This document shows positions 28,580-37,799 of a stretch of DNA of 64,000 nucleotides, piece by piece. The stretch spans positions 753 to 64,752 of the forward strand of contig CAYXGW010000002.1 of assembly GCA_964464595.1 (NCBI GenBank), given 5' to 3'. The position numbers were made by a program, and so were the translations under genes. The notes under the pieces were generated by a model that did not search any database, had not been told where the DNA came from, and was given only the letters and a program-made list of their open reading frames with translations. Positions within the stretch are counted from its first letter, which is position 1, and every line of letters begins with the position of its first letter. The DNA comes from an uncultured Deferribacteres bacterium (lineage in GTDB: Bacteria > Zhuqueibacterota > JdFR-76 > DREG01).

Positions 28580-29515
28580 TTATGTATAAAAATATTTACG
28601 AATTGTTACTCTATTGCCTTGTTGATTAAATCTAACCTCATCCATAAGGTTTTTTATCATTTTCAAACCTAGTCCATGGATAGCCCCCACCTCCTCATCG
28701 CTAGTGTCAAATGAAGCCACTCCAGAACCCTCATCTTCAACCGAAAACTGTACGAAAGATTGATCAATTGTCATTTGGATATTAATTTGCCGATCTGCAT
28801 AAAATGCATCATTCAATCTTTCCTGCTTAGCTTTTTCAAACATTGTGCAATTATCTTTAACTAGAAATTCTTCTTTCCATTCGGATTTTAAAGCGAGGTT
28901 ACCATGCTCCTGGGCATTTTGAACAGTTTCCTGAAATGCAAGCAGCACATTTTGAATTCCCAAATAATTCATTTTTGTATATTTCTGCAATAAATCTACT
29001 AATTTAATATTCATTGTATCTATATCTAAATTACCTGAACGAACAGTAAAATTTACATTTAGGTGATTTACTAAAGGTTCAAACCCAGCACTTACCTGCT
29101 TTTGATTCTCTAATTTGTTTATTTTAAATAGAAGTTCCTCCAACTTTGAATCGCTGAAAGGCGGTTCCAGAAAATGAATAGCATTGAAAATACTACCTTC
29201 TAAATTCGAATCATAATTTGAAACAGAATCAATCAAAATAATTTCCAGGTCTGGATTAATCGATCCAATTATTTTAAGGAATTCCAAACAATCCAAATTT
29301 TGTGTCTCAGCATCATATAAAACAAGATTCACATCTCGAGTTACTTCCAGATGATAAATCGCATCCTTACAACTTTTAATGTTCTCAATATGGCAGCCAT
29401 TCTGCTTTAGAGTTTTATTAAGAAAAACACTTCTTTTTAATCCGTCTGCACTAATTACAAGGATGTTTTTTGATAGTTTTGTGGGTTCATTTAAAAATAA
29501 TTCAAAGCATTTCAT
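28580..29515 (-). CDS. Receiver domain fused to an anti-sigma-factor-type HATPase kinase (RsbW-like)
   Basis: The N-terminal REC-like fold is ILVISADG...LVLYDAETQNLD...IILID. The C-terminal HATPase_c has an N-box (ETVQNAQEHGN) and G-boxes (DEGSGV, HGLGLKMI). Confidence 0.65.
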   Translation of the reverse strand: MKCFELFLNEPTKLSKNILVISADGLKRSVFLNKTLKQNGCHIENIKSCKDAIYHLEVTRDVNLVLYDAETQNLDCLEFLKIIGSINPDLEIILIDSVSNYDSNLEGSIFNAIHFLEPPFSDSKLEELLFKINKLENQKQVSAGFEPLVNHLNVNFTVRSGNLDIDTMNIKLVDLLQKYTKMNYLGIQNVLLAFQETVQNAQEHGNLALKSEWKEEFLVKDNCTMFEKAKQERLNDAFYADRQINIQMTIDQSFVQFSVEDEGSGVASFDTSDEEVGAIHGLGLKMIKNLMDEVRFNQQGNRVTIRKYFYT

Positions 29516-29604
29516 AATATTTTTCTTATTTGTAAGTGTTTATATACAAATAAGTTATTGCCTTAACTTTTTTCATTAATTACAAAATATAATTAATAAA
29601 GCTC

Positions 29605-29913
29605 TCAAACGTGTCGGATCTTAATTAGCTTGTCCAAATTTATTGAACTGAACAAAGTATGTAAATTATTATGTATACCCGCCACAGCTAATTCACGGTT
29701 TTGTTTTTTGAGCTGATGTAGAAGAACCAAAATTTTACTGATACCGGAACTAGTTATTGTAGGTACGTAAGTCAAGTCCACGACCACATTCTTCCCTGAT
29801 TCATTCAGTGCATTATTAAATGCATTCTTAAGATTTTCTCCGTCAGATTCATTTATTGGCCCGGATATTTTTACCTGCACCTCAGATTCTGATTTTGAAA
29901 TAGATATATCCAT
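29605..29913 (-). CDS. STAS-domain anti-sigma-factor antagonist
   Basis: It is 102 aa with the STAS fold and a conserved Ser region (ITSSGISKILVLL). Confidence 0.7.
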   Translation of the reverse strand: MDISISKSESEVQVKISGPINESDGENLKNAFNNALNESGKNVVVDLTYVPTITSSGISKILVLLHQLKKQNRELAVAGIHNNLHTLFSSINLDKLIKIRHV

Positions 29914-29921
29914 AACTTCTC

Positions 29922-31250
29922 CTAGTTTTTCAACTCTAATAGCTGTTGATGTTTATTTGCCTTAGATATTTCGTTCGATTTTATTTTACCGGTTATTTCT
30001 AATGCCAATAGAGACGCATCGTCATCTAAACTTGAATTTCCATGCCAAGTTGTAACTTCCTTCAGTAACTTGGGTAGAGAATTTTCAAAACTCGTTTTGC
30101 GGTTTTCGTTTAGGAACTTGACAAAACGAATAAGACCAAACTCCTCACCATTGGATTCTTTAGCCTCTGTAATGCCGTCTGAGTACAAAAAAAGCCGATC
30201 CCCTGGTTCTAGACAAACTTTGTAATCATTGTAAGCAACCTCCTCCGTAAATCCTATGGGAAAATTAGACGACTTTAAAGTGGTTGGATTACTTGAATTC
30301 CGGATTAAAACAGGGTCCGGATGACCGGCTGAGGAAAATATAAATTCGTAAGTTTCAATGTTTAGAATTCCATAAATGAGAGTAAAAAATTGACCGGTTT
30401 CCATATCGACTGGAAATTGTTGGTTTAATTGATGCAATACTTTAGCAGGAGAATTAATTTGAAAGGTTGAGGACCCTTTGATTTTCTTTCTTAAAATAGA
30501 TGATTGATTTTGAACAGGAGACAAAAGATGGCTTAGAGTAACAGATTTTAATGCAGAAGCTACGCCATGACCACTTACATCTAATACAAAAAAGCCGATG
30601 TGTTTATTATCGAGCCAATATAAATTTAGAATATCACCCGCTAGTTCTGTACAGGGTTTAAATTGCCAATCAAATTTAATCCCTTCGACTTCAGGAAGGG
30701 CTTTTGGCAAAAGCGCTTCTTGTATCTTGGCAGCAGCTTCAAGATCTTTTTTCATCCGATTATTGGCTTCGGTAATAATATGAATGTTTTTTTCTTCCAG
30801 CTCTTTGTTCTTGTATGCAAGTGTACGCTCCAGGTTTGTGATTCGCTCTCCGGCACGCACTCTTGCAAGTAACTCACTATGATTAAATGGTTTTGTTAAA
30901 TAATCATCTACTCCCAGGTCAATAGCCTGAACAACATCCTTTTTCTCTCCTTTTGCAGTGATCATGATAATGTAAACATAGTGATTCAATTTAGATGAAC
31001 GAATTCGCCGAGTTAGCTCTAAGCCATTTAATTTCGGCATCATCCAATCAACAACCATTAATTGAGGAGGATCAGGTTTTTGCATCTCTTGCCAAGCTTC
31101 TAATCCATTTCGCGCTAAAACAATATTATACCCTTTATTTTCAAAAATAATTTTCAACACTTGCAAAATCGTTGGTTCATCGTCAGCAATTAATATTTTA
31201 AGTTTACTACTAAAATCTTTATATTCTGCATTAGAATTTGAATCCGTCAT
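29922..31250 (-). CDS. Response-regulator PP2C phosphatase (REC + SpoIIE/PPM; RsbY/RssB-like)
   Basis: The N-terminal REC domain has the conserved ILIADDE ... VVDWMMPKLNG ... K motifs. The C-terminal PPM domain follows (AGDILN, LDVSGHGVASALKS, LYSDGITEA). Confidence 0.85.
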   Translation of the reverse strand: MTDSNSNAEYKDFSSKLKILIADDEPTILQVLKIIFENKGYNIVLARNGLEAWQEMQKPDPPQLMVVDWMMPKLNGLELTRRIRSSKLNHYVYIIMITAKGEKKDVVQAIDLGVDDYLTKPFNHSELLARVRAGERITNLERTLAYKNKELEEKNIHIITEANNRMKKDLEAAAKIQEALLPKALPEVEGIKFDWQFKPCTELAGDILNLYWLDNKHIGFFVLDVSGHGVASALKSVTLSHLLSPVQNQSSILRKKIKGSSTFQINSPAKVLHQLNQQFPVDMETGQFFTLIYGILNIETYEFIFSSAGHPDPVLIRNSSNPTTLKSSNFPIGFTEEVAYNDYKVCLEPGDRLFLYSDGITEAKESNGEEFGLIRFVKFLNENRKTSFENSLPKLLKEVTTWHGNSSLDDDASLLALEITGKIKSNEISKANKHQQLLELKN

Positions 31251-31547
31251 AAACCCCTTTTCCTTAGAAAATCAATAAATTAAAATTGCTCATATTATAA
31301 ATCGACTACTATTTTTAGAATCTTTAGCGGATGTTAATTCCCTTTTATCTAAAGAATAGAGTCTAAACGAATATTAATAATAATTTCATTTTGGGTAAAA
31401 TGGCGGTTTTTCCCCTCAGATTTTTTACAATGGAATTAGATAACATAAGTCTAAACAACTGAAATATTTGATTTTTAAATTCTCAAGTGTCATAATCATA
31501 ATCTGAATTGTTTTTGTATTATTTTTAGATAATAAATTGGAGTCCAA

Positions 31548-32132
31548 ATGATAAAAATTGCCACAATCTTAGGAACCGTAAGACCTGGTAATTACACAGG
31601 TAAAGCATTGGCATTGGTGCAAGATGAGATTAAAAAAAACAAAGACATTGAGTTAAATATAATAGATCCTGCTAAACTCAATTTGGCATTGCCGGGACAA
31701 TCAAATGATTCATCTGATAGTAATCGAATCAAGGAAGTAATTTTGAATTCAACAGGTATTGTGATTTCAACACCGGAATATCACGGCAGTTTCAGCGCCG
31801 CCGTTAAACTAATTATTGAGAATTTAGGATTTCCGTCATCTTTAGCAACTAAACCGGTGGCTTTATTGGGTGTAGCCGCTGGACAAATAGGCGCCATAAA
31901 GTCCCTGGAACAATTGAGAAGCGTTTGTTCACATGTGGGAGCTATTGTGTTGCCTGGACCGGTTTCAATTGCTAATGTGAGATCAGTTTTTGATAAAGAT
32001 GGCAATTGTCTTGACGATAAACTAGAAAAGCGTATTCGTGGTGTTGCAAACAATTTAATTGATTTTATTCACAATAATATTTGTCCAAGGTATGCTCTTG
32101 AACAATTTGTAAGGGAAAAAGTAGTTACTTAA
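31548..32132 (+). CDS. NAD(P)H-dependent FMN reductase (flavodoxin-like fold)
   Basis: It matches the NADPH-dependent FMN reductase family (ILGTVRPG...STPEYHGSFSAAVK). Confidence 0.75.
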   Translation: MIKIATILGTVRPGNYTGKALALVQDEIKKNKDIELNIIDPAKLNLALPGQSNDSSDSNRIKEVILNSTGIVISTPEYHGSFSAAVKLIIENLGFPSSLATKPVALLGVAAGQIGAIKSLEQLRSVCSHVGAIVLPGPVSIANVRSVFDKDGNCLDDKLEKRIRGVANNLIDFIHNNICPRYALEQFVREKVVT

Positions 32133-32155
32133 TAATCCATTGTTAATAGATTGAA

Positions 32156-32881
32156 CTATCTGGAAGGTTTTAGTTCTCTGCAAAGTGATAATAAATCGGT
32201 GATGCGTTCACAATCCACATCAGGCCAATCATCAAAAGGATCCAGCAAAATAGCGGATAAACCAGCCGACCATGCTCCTACGATATCAACACTATAGATA
32301 TCGCCGACAAATAAAGTATGCTCAGGAACTGTCCTGGAAACTCGAAGGGCATACTCAAATATTTTGGGATCAGGTTTTGCAACACCAACTGTGTGTGAAT
32401 CAATAACACCGTCAAAATAATTAATAAGATTCTGATCGGTTAATTGCGCTTCCACTGTCCCATCTCCATTGCTAACCGCTATTATTTTTAGATTCATCTC
32501 TTTTAATTTTTGTAAAGCTTCACGGACTCCCGGCAAAACGTAGGACCAAAGACGGAGCGCATTTCCATCCGGGTATAGAATTGGAACCAGTTTTTCTGAA
32601 ATTTGGAGTATTTTAGCGTGGACCATTTTCTCCGGCAATTTGCTGAAAATCATTTCCAGGTATAAGGCATGAGCCTCTAAACTTTTCCTGCCTTTAAACT
32701 CATGAATTCGTTTAGAAATCACTGGGCGGGCTGAGGCTTCCGCCCTTTGTAGCTGTCCTGTATCACATTGGATTCCCAGCTTTTTTAGTTCTGAACATAC
32801 CCAAACAAAATCAATAGAGATGAGGGTATTTCCTACATCCAGAAAGAGAGTATTAATATTCTCATAGATTATTTTGGACAT
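32156..32881 (-). CDS. HAD-superfamily hydrolase
   Basis: It has HAD motif I (FLDVGNTLI) and motifs III-IV (VGDIYSVDIVGAWSAG). Confidence 0.7.
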   Translation of the reverse strand: MSKIIYENINTLFLDVGNTLISIDFVWVCSELKKLGIQCDTGQLQRAEASARPVISKRIHEFKGRKSLEAHALYLEMIFSKLPEKMVHAKILQISEKLVPILYPDGNALRLWSYVLPGVREALQKLKEMNLKIIAVSNGDGTVEAQLTDQNLINYFDGVIDSHTVGVAKPDPKIFEYALRVSRTVPEHTLFVGDIYSVDIVGAWSAGLSAILLDPFDDWPDVDCERITDLLSLCRELKPSR

Positions 32882-32890
32882 AATTCTTTT

Positions 32891-33331
32891 CTATGTATTT
32901 GATTCGCTATTAATATTTTGAATAACAAAATGATGTGATGCGATGATCATTTTCTTTCTTAAATAAAAACGATGCGCGGCAAAGCGTTGAACTCCTGAAT
33001 CCAGGTGAAACTGATGACAAGAATTCTCTTTAGCATGATTAACCAGCCAATCAAATAATTGATCTCCATACCCTTTTGATCGATTTTTAGCATTAGTAAC
33101 CAAATCATCTACGTAAAAAAACTTTCCCCAGGCTAAACATTCCGAAACGCGGAAACCGGCAACTGCTTTTATTTCATTTTCCTCTTCCAAATAAACAAGA
33201 CGATATCCTAAAGAAATTTGTCTGTTAACTTGTTTTAAGTAATCAAATTCGGAAAGGTGTGTCCGCAATTGCCCCATTGTGGGGTAACATTCTAATATTT
33301 GTTGTTCAGATTCTGCGAATTCGATAGGCAT
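32891..33331 (-). CDS. GNAT-family N-acetyltransferase
   Basis: It has the acetyl-CoA binding motif region (KNRSKGYGDQLFDWLVNHA). Confidence 0.7.
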   Translation of the reverse strand: MPIEFAESEQQILECYPTMGQLRTHLSEFDYLKQVNRQISLGYRLVYLEEENEIKAVAGFRVSECLAWGKFFYVDDLVTNAKNRSKGYGDQLFDWLVNHAKENSCHQFHLDSGVQRFAAHRFYLRKKMIIASHHFVIQNINSESNT

Positions 33332-33454
33332 TAATCCTCCGAATAAGGGATAATATCAAACCAAAAAATAAAATATTTATGATTAGAAACTTCATCTAAC
33401 ACTTTACTCGAAATCGATGATATAAAAAATCAAGGCTAACATTTAACAAGTACA

Positions 33455-33483
33455 TAAAAAACCCCGCCTGAATAACAGGCGAG
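33455..33483 (-). terminator. Rho-independent terminator (minus strand)
   Basis: The minus strand reads GCCTG-TTATT-CAGGC-GGGG followed by TTTTTTAT. Confidence 0.6.
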
Positions 33484-33776
33484 GTTAATTCTTATTGGAG
33501 CTTCCGAAGCCCGATGCTAACAAGCTTCCTTGGAGGCTCCTATTTTACAGTGACTACAAATAGGACCACCTCCTTTCTTCAGGGCATTCATCATCGCTCA
33601 GAATTACTTCCCTGGTTAAGTATCCGAGCAGCTTTAATTAATAAATGTAATGTAAATAATAAAGGTTGAAAAATCAATAAATAAATCTGTTAGGTTGATT
33701 GTGATATTTTCCTTGACTTAATAATAATTCTTAGATAATTAAGGCATTGAAGTTTGCGCAATTATTTAAATGAAAT

Positions 33777-35456
33777 CTAATAACCTTCCGCAATACCCTT
33801 ACCTCTTGGATCGGCACCTCCGGTAAATCGAATCGGTTTGCCATTTTCATATTCAATAGCAAGTCCATGAGCATTTCCCAATCCTTTTACAACTTGGACA
33901 TTATGTCCTAATTTAATAAGTTGATCCCGGATTGATTCTGCAATTCCTGTCTCTACTGCAATCCTATCAGGCTCAATAAAGCTTATGCGAGAAGCTGCGA
34001 TTGCTTGCTGGATATTCATACCAAATTCAATCATGTTTAGCACCATTTGAGGAACAGTCTGGCCAATTGTATGTCCACCAGGGGTACCAATAGCAACCCG
34101 TGGTTTACCGTTTTTAAAGATTAGTGTGGGACAATCACCGGAGAGTTTATGACGTCCGGCATGAGCGTCCATAGGATTGCCTTTCGGTTCGAATGTGCAG
34201 TAAGCTAAAGAATTATTCAACCAGATACCTGTGCCTTTTGGCATGATTTTACTGCCAAACGAATTACCTAAAGTTTGAGTTGCACTTACGATATTTCCCC
34301 ATTTATCTGCAACAACAAAATGTGTTGTATTGATACCATCATTTGCAAAATTGCTAGGAGGAACGAATTGTTTCGCTTCATCAGGCGAAATAGCCAAAAT
34401 CTGCCGGCTCCAATATTCATTCGATAAAAGTGTTTCAAGGGGTGGAGGATTCTTTTCAGGATCTCCGGCATACCGAAGCCGACACCAAAAAGCGTGTTTC
34501 GTTACTTCAGCAAACCTGTGAAGATATTCGGAGCTATTGTGACCGACTGCCTGGTTATCATACAAACTCATCATTCCCAATCGAATTAGTGACGGAAAAG
34601 CCGTTGAAGGCGGAGAGGCGGTTATCACCTGATATTCATGATAATCAATCCGGATAGGATCATACCATTCAGCCTCATTGATCTTCATATCTTCGATTGA
34701 AAGAAATCCTCCGGCTTTTTGCATGGCTGCATCAATAGCTTGTCCAATCTCTCCACCATGAACAACTTTTGCTCCCTGTTTTGCAATTTTCCGAAAAGAA
34801 TCAGCGAGGTCTTTTTGGATAAGCAACTCTCCAGTACTTAATGGTACATTGTCTTTACCATAAAATTCTTTTGCATGATCAGGAAAATTTGGATACGCGC
34901 TTTTGATTAGCCGGGCTGTCCTGTCATTTAGAATCACCCCATTTTCGGCAGTCTTTATTGCTGTTTCGAATAGTTCTTCCCAGCCTATGGACCCAAAACG
35001 TTTCCACATAGACTCCCAGGCAATTACATTTCCTGGAGTGGAGACTGCCTTTGCCCCCCGTCTATTTTTCTTATAATTCGGTGTTGGAGCACGATAAACA
35101 TCTGAGTCCACGTTTTTTGGAATTCGTCAGCTGCAATTTAAAAACAGAGCTTGTTCTTTTTCGGCATCATAAACAAGTACAGTCCCATAGCCGCCAATTC
35201 CTGACATCATGGGTTCTACAACATTGAGCATTGCTGCGATAGAAACAGCCGCATCGAAAGCATTTCCACCGGATTTTAAAATATCTAGACCAGCTTTTGT
35301 CGCCAATGGATGAGCCGAACTAACCATACCAAGGGTTCCAATGGCCGGTACCGTATTAGAATTTTGAGTTGAATATACTGTACTACTTCGATCACAAGAA
35401 GTGCTAAGAAACAATATTTGAAGAAATAGAAAAAGAACTATTCGTCTCATGAGCAT
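33777..35456 (-). pseudogene. ggt: Gamma-glutamyltranspeptidase gene interrupted by a single in-frame TGA (signal peptide plus N-terminus in 35127-35456, the rest in 33777-35111)
   Basis: Both ORFs are in the same frame and together cover a complete GGT (MLMRRIVLFLFL... signal peptide, then the Thr-nucleophile region TGIWLNN and the GG motif TPGGHTIGQ). The minus-strand codon at 35127-35129 is TGA. Confidence 0.75.
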
Positions 35457-35593
35457 TTCCTTTCCGAAGTCAAATTCTCAAATCTGTAATTTGCATCTTA
35501 AGCCTGTATAATAATAATTCCTTCATATCCGGAACTGATGACCATAAAATCAAACCATCGACAGGTTGATCTTTTACCGTAAGTATTGCCGTC

Positions 35594-35663
35594 GCATCGT
35601 CAACCCCAATCTTTACACGTAAAACATAGCCTATCATTAAATTGGGTGACTAGGACTCGAACG
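35594..35663. repeat. Partial copy (C) of an intergenic repeat family, ending in a tRNA-3'-end-like motif GGTGACTAGGACTCGAAC
   Basis: GCATCGTCAACCCCAATCTTTACACGTAAAACATAGCC is near-identical to 37731-37767 of copy A. Confidence 0.6.
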
Positions 35664-35690
35664 GCTCACTTTGCTAATTCTGAGCCGTTC
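35660..35690. repeat. Perfect 10-bp-stem palindromic hairpin GAACGGCTCA-N11-TGAGCCGTTC (REP-like)
   Basis: Read directly from the sequence. A related half-site GGAGCCGTTCAGCTC-TTTTTT occurs at 35762-35781 and a second hairpin at 37404-37435. Confidence 0.65.
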
Positions 35691-35994
35691 ACCGACAATA
35701 ACCGACAATAAAGAACACTTGCATTTTCAAATGAGTTAAATAATTGTCTTTTGATAAATAGGAGCCGTTCAGCTCTTTTTTGAAATTATCTATGTAATAT
35801 GTTAGAAGCTGTGGATCGGACGGACATAACAATCCGGCTAACCCGCAAGCGATGAAATACTACAAAACACTGAAAAACCACTAAACTAATTTGAAAACCA
35901 AATCTCGAAAATCACTCTATGACAAGCTTGACGGGTTAAGCCAAGAGTTAGGCCAAGGATGAAAAAAACGGCTTTCCAAATAACGTAAAAATAA

Positions 35995-37290
35995 CTATTG
36001 CAACAGCACCATCTTGCGAGTTTCAACAAACGAGCCTGCCTCTAAGCGGTACAGATAGACCCCGCTCGCCAACTGTCTTCCCGCATGGTCTCGTCCATCC
36101 CACTCAATCTGATACGCACCAGCGGGCTTTCTTTCCGTGAGCAGTGTTCTAACTTCCTGGCCCAACTGGTTGTAAACTGTTACTTCGACATCACTGACCG
36201 TTGAAAGCTGATAGGTGATGACTGTGGACGGATTAAAGGGATTTGGATAATTCTGATCTAGCGTAAATGAAGACGAGATTCTTGTGGAAATCTCCTCGAC
36301 CGAGGTTGTGGACTCTACGCTCCGAAATACACGGCTAGAAGCCCCGGCAAAAATGTCGCCGCTACTATTGATGGCAAAAGTTTTGACATTATTAAAACCC
36401 TTCAAGCCGGTATTGATTTGGATCCAGTTGTCGCCGTTGTCGATGGAACGAAACACACCACCGGTACGAGTCCCGGCAAAAATGTCACCGCTGCTATTGA
36501 TGGCAAGAGCTTGGACATAGGTATTTTTCAAGACGGTATTATTGGTTTGGATCCAGTTGTCGCCATTATTGTTGGAGCGAAACACACCCCACGAAGAAAG
36601 CCCGACAAAAATGTCACCGCTTCTATTGATTGCAAGAGCTTGGACAAAATTAAAACTCTTCAAGCAGTTATTGATTGGGATCCAGTTATCGCCGTTGTCC
36701 GTGGAGCGAAACACACCACCGACAAAAAAATTTGTCCCGGCAAAAATGTCGCCGCTGCTATTGATGGCAAGAGCAACGATACTACGATATATAATATCTG
36801 TCAAGCCGTTATTGATTTGGATCCAGTTTTCGCCGTTGTCCGTGGAGCGAAATACGCCGTAAAGATGTGTCCCGGCAAAAATGTCACCGCTGCTATTGAT
36901 GGCAAGAGCTGGGATATCAGCATTATATGTAAATCCATTATTGAATTCTGTCCAGTTATCACCGTTGTCGGTGGAGCGAAACACACCGCCTAAATGAGTC
37001 CCGACAAAAATGTCGCCGTTGCTATTGATGGCAAGGGACCTGACCCAAGTATTTTCCAAGACGGTATTATTGGTTTGGATCCAGCTATCGCCGTTGTCCG
37101 TGGAGCGAAACACACCGCCATAATAAGTCCCGGCGAAAATGTCGTCGCTGCTATTAATGGCAAGTTCATATATAGACGATCCAACGGGTTGATTGGTTTG
37201 CTGCCAGAAATTCGGCTGTGAATATCCAAGACTACTAATGAATGATACTGTGAGCAGCGTAATAAGCGGCTTGAATGTGTTTTTTTTCAT
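35995..37290 (-). CDS. T9SS-secreted protein with 8 BNR/Ycf48-like propeller repeats (STDNGDNWIQ...) and a C-terminal T9SS type-A sorting domain
   Basis: It has a signal peptide and repeats of about 42-50 aa with a DNGDNW core. The C-terminus LDQNYPNPFNPSTVITYQL...GVYLYRLEAGSFVETRKMVLLQ is a typical Por secretion-system CTD. Confidence 0.8.
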   Translation of the reverse strand: MKKNTFKPLITLLTVSFISSLGYSQPNFWQQTNQPVGSSIYELAINSSDDIFAGTYYGGVFRSTDNGDSWIQTNNTVLENTWVRSLAINSNGDIFVGTHLGGVFRSTDNGDNWTEFNNGFTYNADIPALAINSSGDIFAGTHLYGVFRSTDNGENWIQINNGLTDIIYRSIVALAINSSGDIFAGTNFFVGGVFRSTDNGDNWIPINNCLKSFNFVQALAINRSGDIFVGLSSWGVFRSNNNGDNWIQTNNTVLKNTYVQALAINSSGDIFAGTRTGGVFRSIDNGDNWIQINTGLKGFNNVKTFAINSSGDIFAGASSRVFRSVESTTSVEEISTRISSSFTLDQNYPNPFNPSTVITYQLSTVSDVEVTVYNQLGQEVRTLLTERKPAGAYQIEWDGRDHAGRQLASGVYLYRLEAGSFVETRKMVLLQ

Positions 37291-37403
37291 AACTCATCTT
37301 CATAGTTCAATTGTCCACCGCACAACAGCTAGAAAGAGCCTACAGTATGGGAGCCCTAACTTATTATTGACTAGCCATTATAGTAAATTTTAAAATGTAT
37401 CTC

Positions 37404-37435
37404 GAACGGCCGCTTTTATCTATTTTGAGCCGTTC
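37404..37435. repeat. Palindromic hairpin GAACGGC-N18-GCCGTTC, the same family as 35660-35690
   Basis: It shares CTCGAACGGC ... GAGCCGTTC with the element at 35658-35690. Confidence 0.55.
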
Positions 37436-37619
37436 GTTTATATTATGAAATATACTGTATTTACAGGAATTAGTCAATGATTTAAAGATATACTATTAGC
37501 TGAGCGGCTCACTTGATGCTGATTTTGAGGTATTCTTGAAAGTGACTTTGACGACGGTTCGATACCATAATAATTTACGTTGTAAAATAATTTCAACGAT
37601 CAATCGCCTGATACATATT

Positions 37620-37799
37620 GGATTTTTACCTCCCCAATCAACTTGTTTTTTATTGAATAGATTCTAAAAACTTGCCATCTATACACGTAAATTAAGCTTA
37701 ACAATCAATGAATTTAGCAGAGCCATCGTTGCATCGCCAACCCCAATCTTTACACGTAAAAACAGCCAATATTTACAGCAGGTGATGAGACTCGAACCC
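37620..37799. repeat. Intergenic repeat copy A (about 180 bp). The first 100 bp are about 88% identical to copy B and the 3' part matches copy C, including the tRNA-3'-like GGTGATGAGACTCGAACC.
   Basis: Alignment of 37620-37719 with 38897-38996, and of 37731-37799 with 35594-35663. Confidence 0.7.

Noticed and set aside
31781-32053. 90-aa minus-strand ORF antisense to the FMN reductase gene
   Set aside because: It is fully contained in the well-supported plus-strand FMN reductase CDS. It has no ribosome-binding site and no homology.
35127-35129. TGA in ggt as a possible selenocysteine or recoded codon
   Set aside because: The aligned position in GGT homologs is not a Cys/Sec site and no SECIS-like hairpin follows. 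Nonsense mutation or sequencing error are the simpler explanations.
35633-35663. A possible tRNA gene on the minus strand (GTTCGAGTC T-loop-like sequence)
   Set aside because: No complementary acceptor 5' strand, D-arm or anticodon arm can be folded. Only the 3' third is tRNA-like, so it is treated as a tRNA-fragment-like repeat end, not a tRNA gene.
36284-37393. Cluster of overlapping ORFs on both strands (78-191 aa) inside the T9SS gene
   Set aside because: They are artefacts of the tandem DNA repeats in the 431-aa T9SS propeller-repeat gene. Only the minus-strand 35995-37290 frame has a signal peptide, coherent repeats and the T9SS CTD.
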